Shown: positions 7,513-15,357, counted from the stretch's first letter. The stretch: DNA of 20,133 nt from a virus (IMGVR_UViG_2778261637_000004), one strand, 5' to 3'. Notes: generated from the letters alone by a model not told the origin. Translations and numbers: made by a program.

Positions 7513-10043
7513 TATTCAACCCTCACGACAATAGCTTTATTGGTTCTGGGATCTGTTGCCCAGCGTCCGCTACCATTTACAAGCCGATACCGGTTATTGC
7601 CGATATTAACTGGCGTGAAATTTGACACTGCATTTACGTTAAGTCCGGCATCTTTCAGTGCTTGTTTCGCAGATGTGGTATAGCGATCTTTGAAAGTAGA
7701 TTTATCCATGCCGAAAGGCATTACAACGTCGCCGCCATTAAAACCATTGTATATACCGCCAGTAGCATACTTCACGGCATCAGCTACAATGTCTGTATCA
7801 GGCATACTGGTTCTTACCGTAGATGCATCACCAGATTGATAAGCTATTCCTGCATAAGCGGCTTTGAAAAGGCTATAACTGATCTGGCGTAACTGCGGGT
7901 TACGGGCAAATGCATTACCTACCTGTTCGTCGAAAGCGTCTTTCATCTTATCTTCGCTCGGCAACTGTACCGGAGTTATGCCCGCATTCTTCATGGCCTT
8001 CGTCGGATTCAGTAGTTGGTCGCCGGAAAGAATAACCTTTGCAACGTCGTACTTGTTCATCGTCGGCTTATACCCGATGAACTGACTATATGGGATCGTC
8101 GGCTTGGTGTTGTCGTACTGGTTATCCGGCGTGCCCAGCAGCAGCGCAGAATAGGCTGTTGCCGCACTGTTCGGAGCAATTACAGATGCCACCTGCCGTA
8201 TTGCTGGCGCAGGCAGCTTCTCCCCCATGCTCTGCAACAGTTTAATTGTCTGGTCAACGTTCTGAGTGCCGCGCACCTGCTGTGCCAGCGCAGCCGCCTC
8301 TTCACTGTTGAGGATTGGGGCATTAATTCCCAACGCGCGTAAGCTTTCCTGCGACGAGAAACGGTTAGCCACCTCGGCAGTGATGTCGTCAGGGTTGTTG
8401 CTGGTGATCGGCTTATAGGCTCCGATTTCCACCGCTGCACTAAACGGATTATTCTGCCTCTGGGTTATTACCTTCGTGGCTGCCGCCGATACCCGGTCGA
8501 ATAACTCCGCACGAGACGCATACCCCTCCCCTGTTTCACCAGTATCCGGGCGCAATTGCTCAACATATGCGGTAATGCTGCTTGTCGGCATGTTGCGGAA
8601 AGAGCCTATATACTGTCCGGCGATCTGCAAATTTCTGAACTCGATATATCGCAGGTTTCCTTCTCTGACACCATAAGCTGCAATGAACTCATCCTCACCA
8701 GGTGGGTTAGGAAATTCAACGCCACGCATAAACGCAGCCGTTGCATCGCGAACCCTGCTATCGAGCATCGTTCTATATTCAGCCTGCTGCTGTCTGGCTA
8801 ATGCATCCGTCTGTCGCAACACGCTGGCCTGATCTGATTCACTTAAAGCATCGAACCAGGCTACACCGGTATAACGTTTATTTTTTGTCGGTAGCTGAGA
8901 AAGCCCCAGTGCGGCACTAACGCCAGCGGCCAATTGCTGATCACTGTACGGCTGACTGCCTTGCTCATGATGAATAATTGCTTTGCACAGAGATTTCAGT
9001 GTGTCAGGATTTGATGCGTCAAGCGGCTGGTCAGGAGTTACACCGAGCTGAGCACATACTGCCCGTATATAAGCATCAGTTTTATTATCATCACTGGCCG
9101 GTGCCCAGCGATTAATTATTTCGCTGATGGTGTCATAACCCTGACGCTGATACGACAGCAAATTGCGACCAAGCGCGCGAATACCGTGTTCAGGGGTTTC
9201 GAATTTGGCAAAGCGACCATCATCACCAGTCTGCCCAACCCACGGATTAGTTTTGCTGTATTCAAGATTGCCGGGGTTATTGTTGCGTATACCGCGGGTA
9301 CGATCGGAAGAGCCACTATCTGCTACAGCACGGCGAGATCCAGCAGCAGTATCGCTTAACTCTCCGTTTTGCTGTCTTACCTGAAGATAGTTTGCTCCAA
9401 TAGCATTTTGAGCAGTTGCTTTTGCTGTTGCTTCTTTAAACTCGATTTTCTTGGCCTGGATTTGCTCGTCGCTCCAGCCATGCGCAATACCGTAATCCTC
9501 AATTTGCTGGAAAGTTTGCGTATTAGCCAATATGTATGCTGCGTTGTTGCCATATAATGCTGAGGCATTTTTACCATTATTCAGCAGTGTCGCCTGAAAC
9601 TGGCCTTCTTCGTAGGCATTTATTTGCCCTATCTCGTACCTCCCGGCCTGCGTAGCGAACTGAATACGCTGCTGCTGCGCCTGCTGCATGAAAGCATTAC
9701 GAGCCTGTTCATCCGGCAGCGACATAGCCAGTTGTTCGACCTGAGCATCAAACTGCTGTGTATACTCATGGCCTTTTCCAATAGCATTTTTCCCTTTCAG
9801 ATTAAGCAATCCTGTTTCAGGATTATTCAGCAGATCACTGCCTGTCTGACTGAGTTTAAGGGATGCCTCCTGAACCAAGGCAATATTGGCGCGCTGTTTT
9901 GCCTGACCAAGAACATCAATTGCCTCTGTCCCTGCCCGAACAAAAGCATCACCAATACCTGGCTGAGAAAACGTCTGCAAGCCTGCTGACTGAACTCCAC
10001 GGCTCTCAACCTGACGTCCGGATACTGTTGGTACGACTGGCAT
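7512..10043 (-). CDS. Large hypothetical protein (843 aa), Gln/Ala-rich N-terminal region and a conserved-looking GIRNNNPGNLEYS...RWAP block; cargo operon gene 1
   Basis: Long ORF with ATG at 10043 and an AGGGGG Shine-Dalgarno upstream. The block at residues 251-315 (nt ~9099-9293) looks like a conserved domain core. GKNAIGKG is not a canonical Walker A. Confidence 0.85.
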   Translation of the reverse strand: MPVVPTVSGRQVESRGVQSAGLQTFSQPGIGDAFVRAGTEAIDVLGQAKQRANIALVQEASLKLSQTGSDLLNNPETGLLNLKGKNAIGKGHEYTQQFDAQVEQLAMSLPDEQARNAFMQQAQQQRIQFATQAGRYEIGQINAYEEGQFQATLLNNGKNASALYGNNAAYILANTQTFQQIEDYGIAHGWSDEQIQAKKIEFKEATAKATAQNAIGANYLQVRQQNGELSDTAAGSRRAVADSGSSDRTRGIRNNNPGNLEYSKTNPWVGQTGDDGRFAKFETPEHGIRALGRNLLSYQRQGYDTISEIINRWAPASDDNKTDAYIRAVCAQLGVTPDQPLDASNPDTLKSLCKAIIHHEQGSQPYSDQQLAAGVSAALGLSQLPTKNKRYTGVAWFDALSESDQASVLRQTDALARQQQAEYRTMLDSRVRDATAAFMRGVEFPNPPGEDEFIAAYGVREGNLRYIEFRNLQIAGQYIGSFRNMPTSSITAYVEQLRPDTGETGEGYASRAELFDRVSAAATKVITQRQNNPFSAAVEIGAYKPITSNNPDDITAEVANRFSSQESLRALGINAPILNSEEAAALAQQVRGTQNVDQTIKLLQSMGEKLPAPAIRQVASVIAPNSAATAYSALLLGTPDNQYDNTKPTIPYSQFIGYKPTMNKYDVAKVILSGDQLLNPTKAMKNAGITPVQLPSEDKMKDAFDEQVGNAFARNPQLRQISYSLFKAAYAGIAYQSGDASTVRTSMPDTDIVADAVKYATGGIYNGFNGGDVVMPFGMDKSTFKDRYTTSAKQALKDAGLNVNAVSNFTPVNIGNNRYRLVNGSGRWATDPRTNKAIVVRVE

Positions 10044-10139
10044 CAGTAACCCCCTGTTTTGAATCGTGTACCAGAATTCATAAAACCTGATTTAAATAAC
10101 ATTGGCGTCCCTCCGCTTTGATGCTGTACCAGCGATTCA

Positions 10140-10346
10140 TTACTCACCCCCCGATGCAAAACCATTCTGATTAAGCCAGGCGTTTACGGCATGTCTGACA
10201 ATCTGCGCCACGCCTGGTAATGGCTGATCAGGGTGATTGTTCACATGGTCGATTCTGTACTGCTTAAGGCGCATCACGGTCTGTGCATCCAGATGAACGG
10301 AACCACCTCTGACATCGCCTGTGTTCAGGTCATTAATACAATTCAC
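10140..10346 (-). CDS. Small protein (68 aa), possible ribbon-helix-helix-type regulator heading the cargo operon
   Basis: GTG start at 10346 preceded by a strong AAGAGGAAA Shine-Dalgarno. The beta-strand/helix/helix pattern (SVHLDAQTVMRLKQYRIDH...VAQIVRHAVNAWL) is consistent with an RHH fold but is unverified. Confidence 0.55.
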   Translation of the reverse strand: MNCINDLNTGDVRGGSVHLDAQTVMRLKQYRIDHVNNHPDQPLPGVAQIVRHAVNAWLNQNGFASGGE

Positions 10347-10447
10347 AGCAATTTCCTCTTACTGACTAAACTATGCACATTATCGATCGAAAAAAGTGGT
10401 AGATAAACATATTTCTATCATAAAAACAGATTGATTGAGTTCAGATC

Positions 10448-10472
10448 CAAAAAAAGCCGGATTGCTCCGGCT
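10448..10472 (-). terminator. Strong Rho-independent terminator between the replication operon and the cargo operon
   Basis: On the minus strand: AGCCGGA-GCAA-TCCGGCT hairpin followed by seven T residues. Confidence 0.7.
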
Positions 10473-10478
10473 CTGTGC

Positions 10479-10628
10479 TTACTTCTGGTAGTTACGCCAT
10501 ACTGATTTCCCGATCCCATCTATCCCCATTTCTTTTTCAGTGCGTTTAAGCGACCGTTTCAGGTCTTCTAAATTATCCGGTTGCTTCGGTGGCCTCTGTG
10601 CCTTCCTGGAACATTCCAGTCGTCGCAT
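10479..10628 (-). CDS. Small basic ORF (49 aa) below the ORF-track threshold
   Basis: Hand translation gives MRRLECSRKAQRPPKQPDNLEDLKRSLKRTEKEMGIDGIGKSVWRNYQK. The stop lies 7 nt before the terminator hairpin. The ribosome-binding site is weak. Confidence 0.3.
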   Translation of the reverse strand: MRRLECSRKAQRPPKQPDNLEDLKRSLKRTEKEMGIDGIGKSVWRNYQK

Positions 10629-10712
10629 TGATATGTAATACCGTTCCTTGTCAGTTCCCCAACTGCATTACTTCACCCCATCGCGCCGCCGCTCTTCGAT
10701 ACAGGGTTTTAG

Positions 10713-11129
10713 TTAGCCTCCGGCTCTTCCGTAGCGCTGTTCTGGTGGATTCACATAGCCCCTTTCTTGCAGGTATTCGCGAATATCAGACATCAGGAGA
10801 CGGTTAACCGTGCTCCTGTCTTTTCTCTGGTAAAGGCGTCTGGTGATCATGAAGTAGTTAGCAATGACCTCCGGTATATCCCTGACGCTGATACATGCTG
10901 TATGCTGGTCAATAGCTTCAATCATCTCTTCACGAGTTACAAAAGTCTGGCGTAAACGAGTGATCACACCATGTACATCTGAATGATCATTTATACGCTT
11001 ATTTTGGCGCTTCGCGCTCTCGACTGTGACACTGACAACAATGTCAACTCTTTGTTTCTCCGCCATTTCATCCACAATGTGATCACCTGCACGGCGACCA
11101 TGTGCGTGATCATTTCTTACTATTTCCAT
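10713..11129 (-). CDS. Hypothetical protein (138 aa), last large gene of the replication operon
   Basis: ORF with GGAGGAG upstream of the ATG at 11129; overlaps the end of the FinO/ProQ gene by 20 nt. No recognisable motif. Confidence 0.55.
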   Translation of the reverse strand: MEIVRNDHAHGRRAGDHIVDEMAEKQRVDIVVSVTVESAKRQNKRINDHSDVHGVITRLRQTFVTREEMIEAIDQHTACISVRDIPEVIANYFMITRRLYQRKDRSTVNRLLMSDIREYLQERGYVNPPEQRYGRAGG

Positions 11130-11607
11130 TCATCTCCTCCAGTAGTTTTCCTGCGTGCATCTGTTGTAGTGGTGTTACCTCGCCGCACGGCTGGCCTTTC
11201 AGGTCGTAACGCGCGCCACCAGCTACCAGGGCGCGGTAATAGCGCGGAGTCTGCACATAACGCGCCAGCGTTGCGCGTAGTGTTCCCTGTCCGAGTGAAA
11301 TACCTCTCGCGGCAATATCCTGTATCAGGTCGTCAAATATCCCCACCTTAAGCGGCTTAGGTGATTCCGGGCTGAATAATTCAGGCCATAGCTCAATAAG
11401 ACGGTTAACGCGTCTGCGGTTTTTACGCTGCCGTTTGGTCATACGCCGCCGCGGTGTTTCTCCTGTGAGCTTCTGCTGTGTGTTCTGGTTATCTGGCATC
11501 ACTTTATGCGCCGATGTGGTTTTATTCTGCTGCTGAGCCGCCTGTGCTGTTTTCTGCGGCGTGCCGTAAATGCCCTTCGGTTTTCTGTTTATGGTCAGCT
11601 TTGTCAT
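11110..11607 (-). CDS. FinO/ProQ-family RNA-binding protein
   Basis: Basic N-terminal region ([14 protein letters not shown]) followed by [30 protein letters not shown]...[39 protein letters not shown], matching the ProQ/FinO domain signature (PLKIGI..DL...RY...R.DL.G.PCGE). Confidence 0.75.
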   Translation of the reverse strand: MTKLTINRKPKGIYGTPQKTAQAAQQQNKTTSAHKVMPDNQNTQQKLTGETPRRRMTKRQRKNRRRVNRLIELWPELFSPESPKPLKVGIFDDLIQDIAARGISLGQGTLRATLARYVQTPRYYRALVAGGARYDLKGQPCGEVTPLQQMHAGKLLEEMNGNSKK

Positions 11608-11643
11608 GCCTTCCCCTGTAATTACTCTGTTCGCTGTTGTGAA

Positions 11644-12069
11644 TTAAAACGGTATCCCGTCCCCGTACGGATCATCGTGCTGGCCTGTCTGTTGCTGTGC
11701 CCTGTTCAGTGCATCAGTAGCCTGCCCCTGCTGGCCTTTTTTGCCGCCCGGTCGCGCCGTTCGCGCACTGATTACGCTGTCTGCGATAACCTGCCATCCC
11801 TGCCTCGTTTCGCCGTTCTGGCCCGTCCACCGGCTCACCTGCATGTTACCGGCCACGCTCACCAGTTCGCCTTTGTGGTGTTTTGCCAGTGCGTCAGCCT
11901 GTCTGCCAAACGCCAGGACGGATAACCACATCGTCGCCGTTCCGTCATCTGCCTGATTGCATGGAAGAGGGACCGCCATACTCGCCATCGCCATTTGTGT
12001 GCCCTTGCTGGTGGTCTTTAACTGCGGGTCAGCCACCAGCCGCCCGTAAGCTGATATTTGCGCCGTCAT
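11644..12069 (-). CDS. ssb: Single-stranded DNA-binding protein (SSB family, mobile-element type)
   Basis: 141 aa; OB-fold-like N-terminus, a Gly/Gln-rich linker and a C-terminal acidic tip ending DDPYGDGIPF (canonical SSB ends DDDIPF). Confidence 0.8.
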   Translation of the reverse strand: MTAQISAYGRLVADPQLKTTSKGTQMAMASMAVPLPCNQADDGTATMWLSVLAFGRQADALAKHHKGELVSVAGNMQVSRWTGQNGETRQGWQVIADSVISARTARPGGKKGQQGQATDALNRAQQQTGQHDDPYGDGIPF

Positions 12070-12132
12070 GCTGTTTGTTCTCCGGTTTTAACGTGATAGT
12101 TACGCTTGTTTACACTCTTACAGTGAAATTTT

Positions 12133-12255
12133 GCGGGTTACAATCGCACATTTGCGGGTTATAACTGCTGTTTTGCGGGTTACGTGCGGGTTATTGATTT
12201 CCTTTTTAATCATGCAGTTAATTAACTTATGCACAGGATAACCCGCATAACCCGC
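12133..12255. repeat. Iteron cluster B: four GCGGGTTAY copies (21 bp spacing), a ~43 bp AT-rich spacer, then two tandem ATAACCCGC 9-mers; putative origin
   Basis: Copies at 12133-12141, 12154-12162, 12175-12183 and 12186-12194; inverted tandem copies at 12238-12246 and 12247-12255. Sits in the 210 bp gap between the primase stop and the ssb start. The arrangement is the reverse complement of cluster A. Confidence 0.6.
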
Positions 12256-12279
12256 AACTTTTTACCTCACACAGGGAAG

Positions 12280-14406
12280 TTAATCTTCTGCTTCAGGCTG
12301 GAACATCAGCACGTAAAAAATATGCTGCTTCCCGCCAATCCTGCCGAGCGCCTTTTTCTTGTAACGGCGGTCGCCTCCCGCTTCCAGCATTCCGGCAGCA
12401 CTCAACGCGCGGGCAAAGTGAGACGGATTAAATCCCTGTGCGATCTCCCCCTCAAACACATGCGGAAACGTGTAAAAACGGAACTCATCATCTTCATTTC
12501 TGATACTCCCCTTTCTGTATCCGGCAAGGTCTTTAATCGGTAAATCACGCTCATCGCTGTTTGGATAAGGAAGGTATCGACTGAACCCGAACGACGACAA
12601 AAACGCCTCAGCCTGTTCAACCATCTGTTTAAATTCCCTGTTGCCCGTGCCGAATTCCTTCACCCAGGCATTAAAGTTATGCTGAACTGCATCACGGCAC
12701 GCCTGAACATCCCAGCCTGTAACATGACCGGAAAGCACAAGCGCGGCCTCCAGTACGGCGAATCTTTCCCCCACGCGGTGAACCTGCTCGCCGTAGCTCT
12801 CCGGTATCAGGTTGCGCCACCGCTCGCGACATGCCCTTACCGCGTCCTTTGCCTCCTGCTGGTGGCCTGCCAGCCATTTAACCCACTCACGACCTGCCGC
12901 CCCGTGATTTTCTGTCCAGGCATCTTTTAACGCGTCTGCGTGCGCCTTTCCGGTGCTGTATTCGTGAAACTGCGAGGCCTTTTCCATCGGCACGTTAAGC
13001 AGACGGACAAGCTGCCCCGCTTTAATTTTTATCCCTTCCGTTTTGAGGAATGTTTCAACGTCCATTTCTCCGGTGCTGATTGCCACCGTGCGCCAGTGTT
13101 TTATCTCCCTGTTGCCGCCGTCCTTCGCCCCCTGTAATTTCCCGGAACCGTTAAACAGCGTATAGGCTGACGTGGACACCTCCCGCGCGTTTCCGGCCTG
13201 GCCTATTTCATCCAGGGGTAACAGCCCGTCATTATGTGCTTCGGCCTCGTTGGCGATACCTAACGCCGTTCCGTACCAGGTCAGCCGTTGCGCGTCCGGC
13301 TCTCCCCATAAACTTGATGCAATGTTCTGTGTGGTGGTTTTACCTGCTGATGATTGCTCAAAAAGATGAACCCCGAAGCCGTCAGCACCCACCAGCCCGA
13401 TTAATGGTGCGGATAGCGATACCGCCACACCCAGCATCATGGACGGATTACCACCAGCCAGCCGCGCCACGGTATCGCGCCAGCCCTCCGCTGTTCCCGC
13501 CACGGAATAGCCATTAACTGCGGCAGTTTTTCCGGTAAACAGGATGGGTTTCTCTGATTCACCAATGACCGAACCATCCGGCATGATGTACGCACCAAAA
13601 TGCCAGCCCGTTGTAGTGCTTAGCTGCCATTCCTCATGACTTCCGCTTAACTGCATCCAGTCAGCCAGGATGGCTCTGTATTTGCCGTTGGTCGTCACGT
13701 TAAGACCGTGGTCTTTCAGCAACCGCCAGCCGTCACGGTCACCAATGCCTCCGCACGGGACCGCCATTGTAATGACCTCATGGTTTGCTGGTTTTTTCCA
13801 GCGCATCACGCGGTAATGCTCTTTGCCGATTGTTCCTGTTCCCAGTAGTTCAAGCGGAGAACATAACCACGTCTCAGGCCGGATAATTTCGCCTGACTGC
13901 TTGTCCACTTTGGGCGTTACCCAGAAAACACCATCGACGCGACTTTCAACACGAGGCTTTAATTCGTCATCATAATTTCCGGTGAAATTTGTCTTTGCCG
14001 GAAGGTTGATCACCAGACTGTTACCGCGTTCCGCATCATCCTTCAGTCCAGCCATGCGCGGTGTCCAGTCCTCCGGCTGCTGGTCAACAAAGCTGCGGTA
14101 GCAACGCGCCTCCTTCACACCCGCCACTGCAAGCAGTGTCGCTATCTGTGTAAGGTGCTGCTCTGATATTTCACCAGCACGATAAACGCGCACGTAATAG
14201 CGCCCTTTGTCGATGATTTGCGTGTCTGCCAGACTCGCCAGTTGTTCCGGTCCAAGAATAACTGGATGTGTATCATCTGCCGCAATATGCTTTCCGGCCC
14301 ATTCGCTCCACTCTTTCGCATGTGCCCAGGCATCACTACCCGCAAAGATAATCACCTCCGTCATTTTGTCTTTCGGCTGGTGCTTTAAATTCGGTGCGCG
14401 TTTCAT
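12280..14406 (-). CDS. Replication initiator: primase/helicase-type protein with a P-loop NTPase domain
   Basis: 708 aa. Walker A-like LFEQSSAGKTTTQ and an acidic LLPLDEIG stretch (Walker B-like). ATGA start/stop overlap with the upstream 100-aa gene. Sits beside the iterons and ssb, as in P4-alpha-like and PICI replicons. Confidence 0.8.
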   Translation of the reverse strand: MKRAPNLKHQPKDKMTEVIIFAGSDAWAHAKEWSEWAGKHIAADDTHPVILGPEQLASLADTQIIDKGRYYVRVYRAGEISEQHLTQIATLLAVAGVKEARCYRSFVDQQPEDWTPRMAGLKDDAERGNSLVINLPAKTNFTGNYDDELKPRVESRVDGVFWVTPKVDKQSGEIIRPETWLCSPLELLGTGTIGKEHYRVMRWKKPANHEVITMAVPCGGIGDRDGWRLLKDHGLNVTTNGKYRAILADWMQLSGSHEEWQLSTTTGWHFGAYIMPDGSVIGESEKPILFTGKTAAVNGYSVAGTAEGWRDTVARLAGGNPSMMLGVAVSLSAPLIGLVGADGFGVHLFEQSSAGKTTTQNIASSLWGEPDAQRLTWYGTALGIANEAEAHNDGLLPLDEIGQAGNAREVSTSAYTLFNGSGKLQGAKDGGNREIKHWRTVAISTGEMDVETFLKTEGIKIKAGQLVRLLNVPMEKASQFHEYSTGKAHADALKDAWTENHGAAGREWVKWLAGHQQEAKDAVRACRERWRNLIPESYGEQVHRVGERFAVLEAALVLSGHVTGWDVQACRDAVQHNFNAWVKEFGTGNREFKQMVEQAEAFLSSFGFSRYLPYPNSDERDLPIKDLAGYRKGSIRNEDDEFRFYTFPHVFEGEIAQGFNPSHFARALSAAGMLEAGGDRRYKKKALGRIGGKQHIFYVLMFQPEAED

Positions 14407-14705
14407 TTCTTGCCCCTGAATGCGTTAATCATGTTCTTTATTACCTGAATATTTGCCCGTGCTTTCTCTTTACTGGTGGGCTTACTGCGTGGTGCTGCAC
14501 ATACCAGTGAAAAATCACGCCGGAACTGATGAACGGGCATCACACAGTCATAGTCGTACCCTGCGCGGCGGTATGTAATGTGCCGTTCATACACGGAATT
14601 AATAACCACGATGTCGCCATATTTATCCCGGAAAATATCCCCGATCCTGATTTTCGGGTGAGTCTGTCCGCTGGCATTTAAGCCAGTAAATTTAATCTTC
14701 TTCAT
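14403..14705 (-). CDS. Hypothetical protein (100 aa), translationally coupled to the primase gene
   Basis: ATGA overlap with the primase start; 2-nt gap from the upstream 85-aa gene. Confidence 0.6.
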   Translation of the reverse strand: MKKIKFTGLNASGQTHPKIRIGDIFRDKYGDIVVINSVYERHITYRRAGYDYDCVMPVHQFRRDFSLVCAAPRSKPTSKEKARANIQVIKNMINAFRGKK

Positions 14706-14707
14706 GT

Positions 14708-14965
14708 TTATTTCCCGGTGTGGGGTTCTTCTTTATATTTATGGGCTAACAAATCTGGTAATTGCCTGTATTTATCCTCGGCAATATATTCAGAATAATC
14801 GACAGCACTGTTCAGTATATCTAACGCCGTTTCATGCTCCAGATTCGAAACTATAAGGAACGTTGCTACTTTTAGCATATTCGCGATATGCAAAAGAGCA
14901 TCAATTTCATTTTTTGGCGCTTCGCTGAATTTTTGCTCCAGAAGAATAAATCGTTCATCACGCAT
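14708..14965 (-). CDS. Hypothetical protein (85 aa)
   Basis: ATG at 14965 preceded by AGGAGGA; acidic, helical-looking sequence. Confidence 0.6.
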   Translation of the reverse strand: MRDERFILLEQKFSEAPKNEIDALLHIANMLKVATFLIVSNLEHETALDILNSAVDYSEYIAEDKYRQLPDLLAHKYKEEPHTGK

Positions 14966-15161
14966 AGTGTTCCTCCTGACGGATGCGGGCAGTAAATACC
15001 ATCACGCAGCCAGCCGGGGATTGCTGACGGGCTTCCTGTTCGCTGGTGGCCACGATGTGAATCACGCGCGGTTGTGCCGTACTCAGGGCGATAAAACGCC
15101 AGATGTATTTATTCAGGTTGTGCGAGTCCCGCCCTTGCGGGTGTGTGGTATGATTTCTCAT
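14958..15161 (-). CDS. Hypothetical small protein (67 aa), first gene of the leftward replication operon
   Basis: This is the C-terminal 67 codons of the 415-aa track ORF, starting at an ATG (15161) with GAGGT upstream; it overlaps the next gene by 8 nt. The rest of the 415-aa ORF conflicts with a well-supported plus-strand gene. Confidence 0.45.
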   Translation of the reverse strand: MRNHTTHPQGRDSHNLNKYIWRFIALSTAQPRVIHIVATSEQEARQQSPAGCVMVFTARIRQEEHYA

Positions 15162-15257
15162 AGCTACCTCGATACTTCTGCTATCGTTGGTGGTTAGAAG
15201 CCCGGTTAGTGTTAGCGCACTGCCGGGTTTCGTCGTTTCTGCACCTTGCATCAACAA

Positions 15258-15336
15258 GGTGTAAGTAACTTTATTTATAGGTGGCTTACATGTCAATGCT
15301 TTTATGTAAGACTTTTTATGTGTATATTGTCTTACA
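15258..15336. promoter_or_regulatory. Divergent promoter/operator region with nested inverted repeats
   Basis: GTGTAAG (15258-15264) pairs with CTTACAC (15330-15336), and CTTACAT (15284-15290) with ATGTAAG (15303-15309). TATATT -10-like element at 15322-15327. Lies between the leftward replication operon and the rightward RHH-like gene. Confidence 0.45.
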
Positions 15337-15357
15337 CTTTCGTTAAGAGGATTACAG

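Noticed and set aside
9770-9810. Walker-A-like GKNAIGKG in the 843-aa protein
   Set aside because: It lacks the Ser/Thr after the Lys and no Walker B follows in a plausible position, so it is not called as an NTPase.
7223-9989. Plus- and minus-strand short ORFs overlapping the 843-aa and 674-aa genes (for example 8016-8342 and 9624-9989)
   Set aside because: Same reasoning: they are antisense or out-of-frame shadows of long coupled genes.
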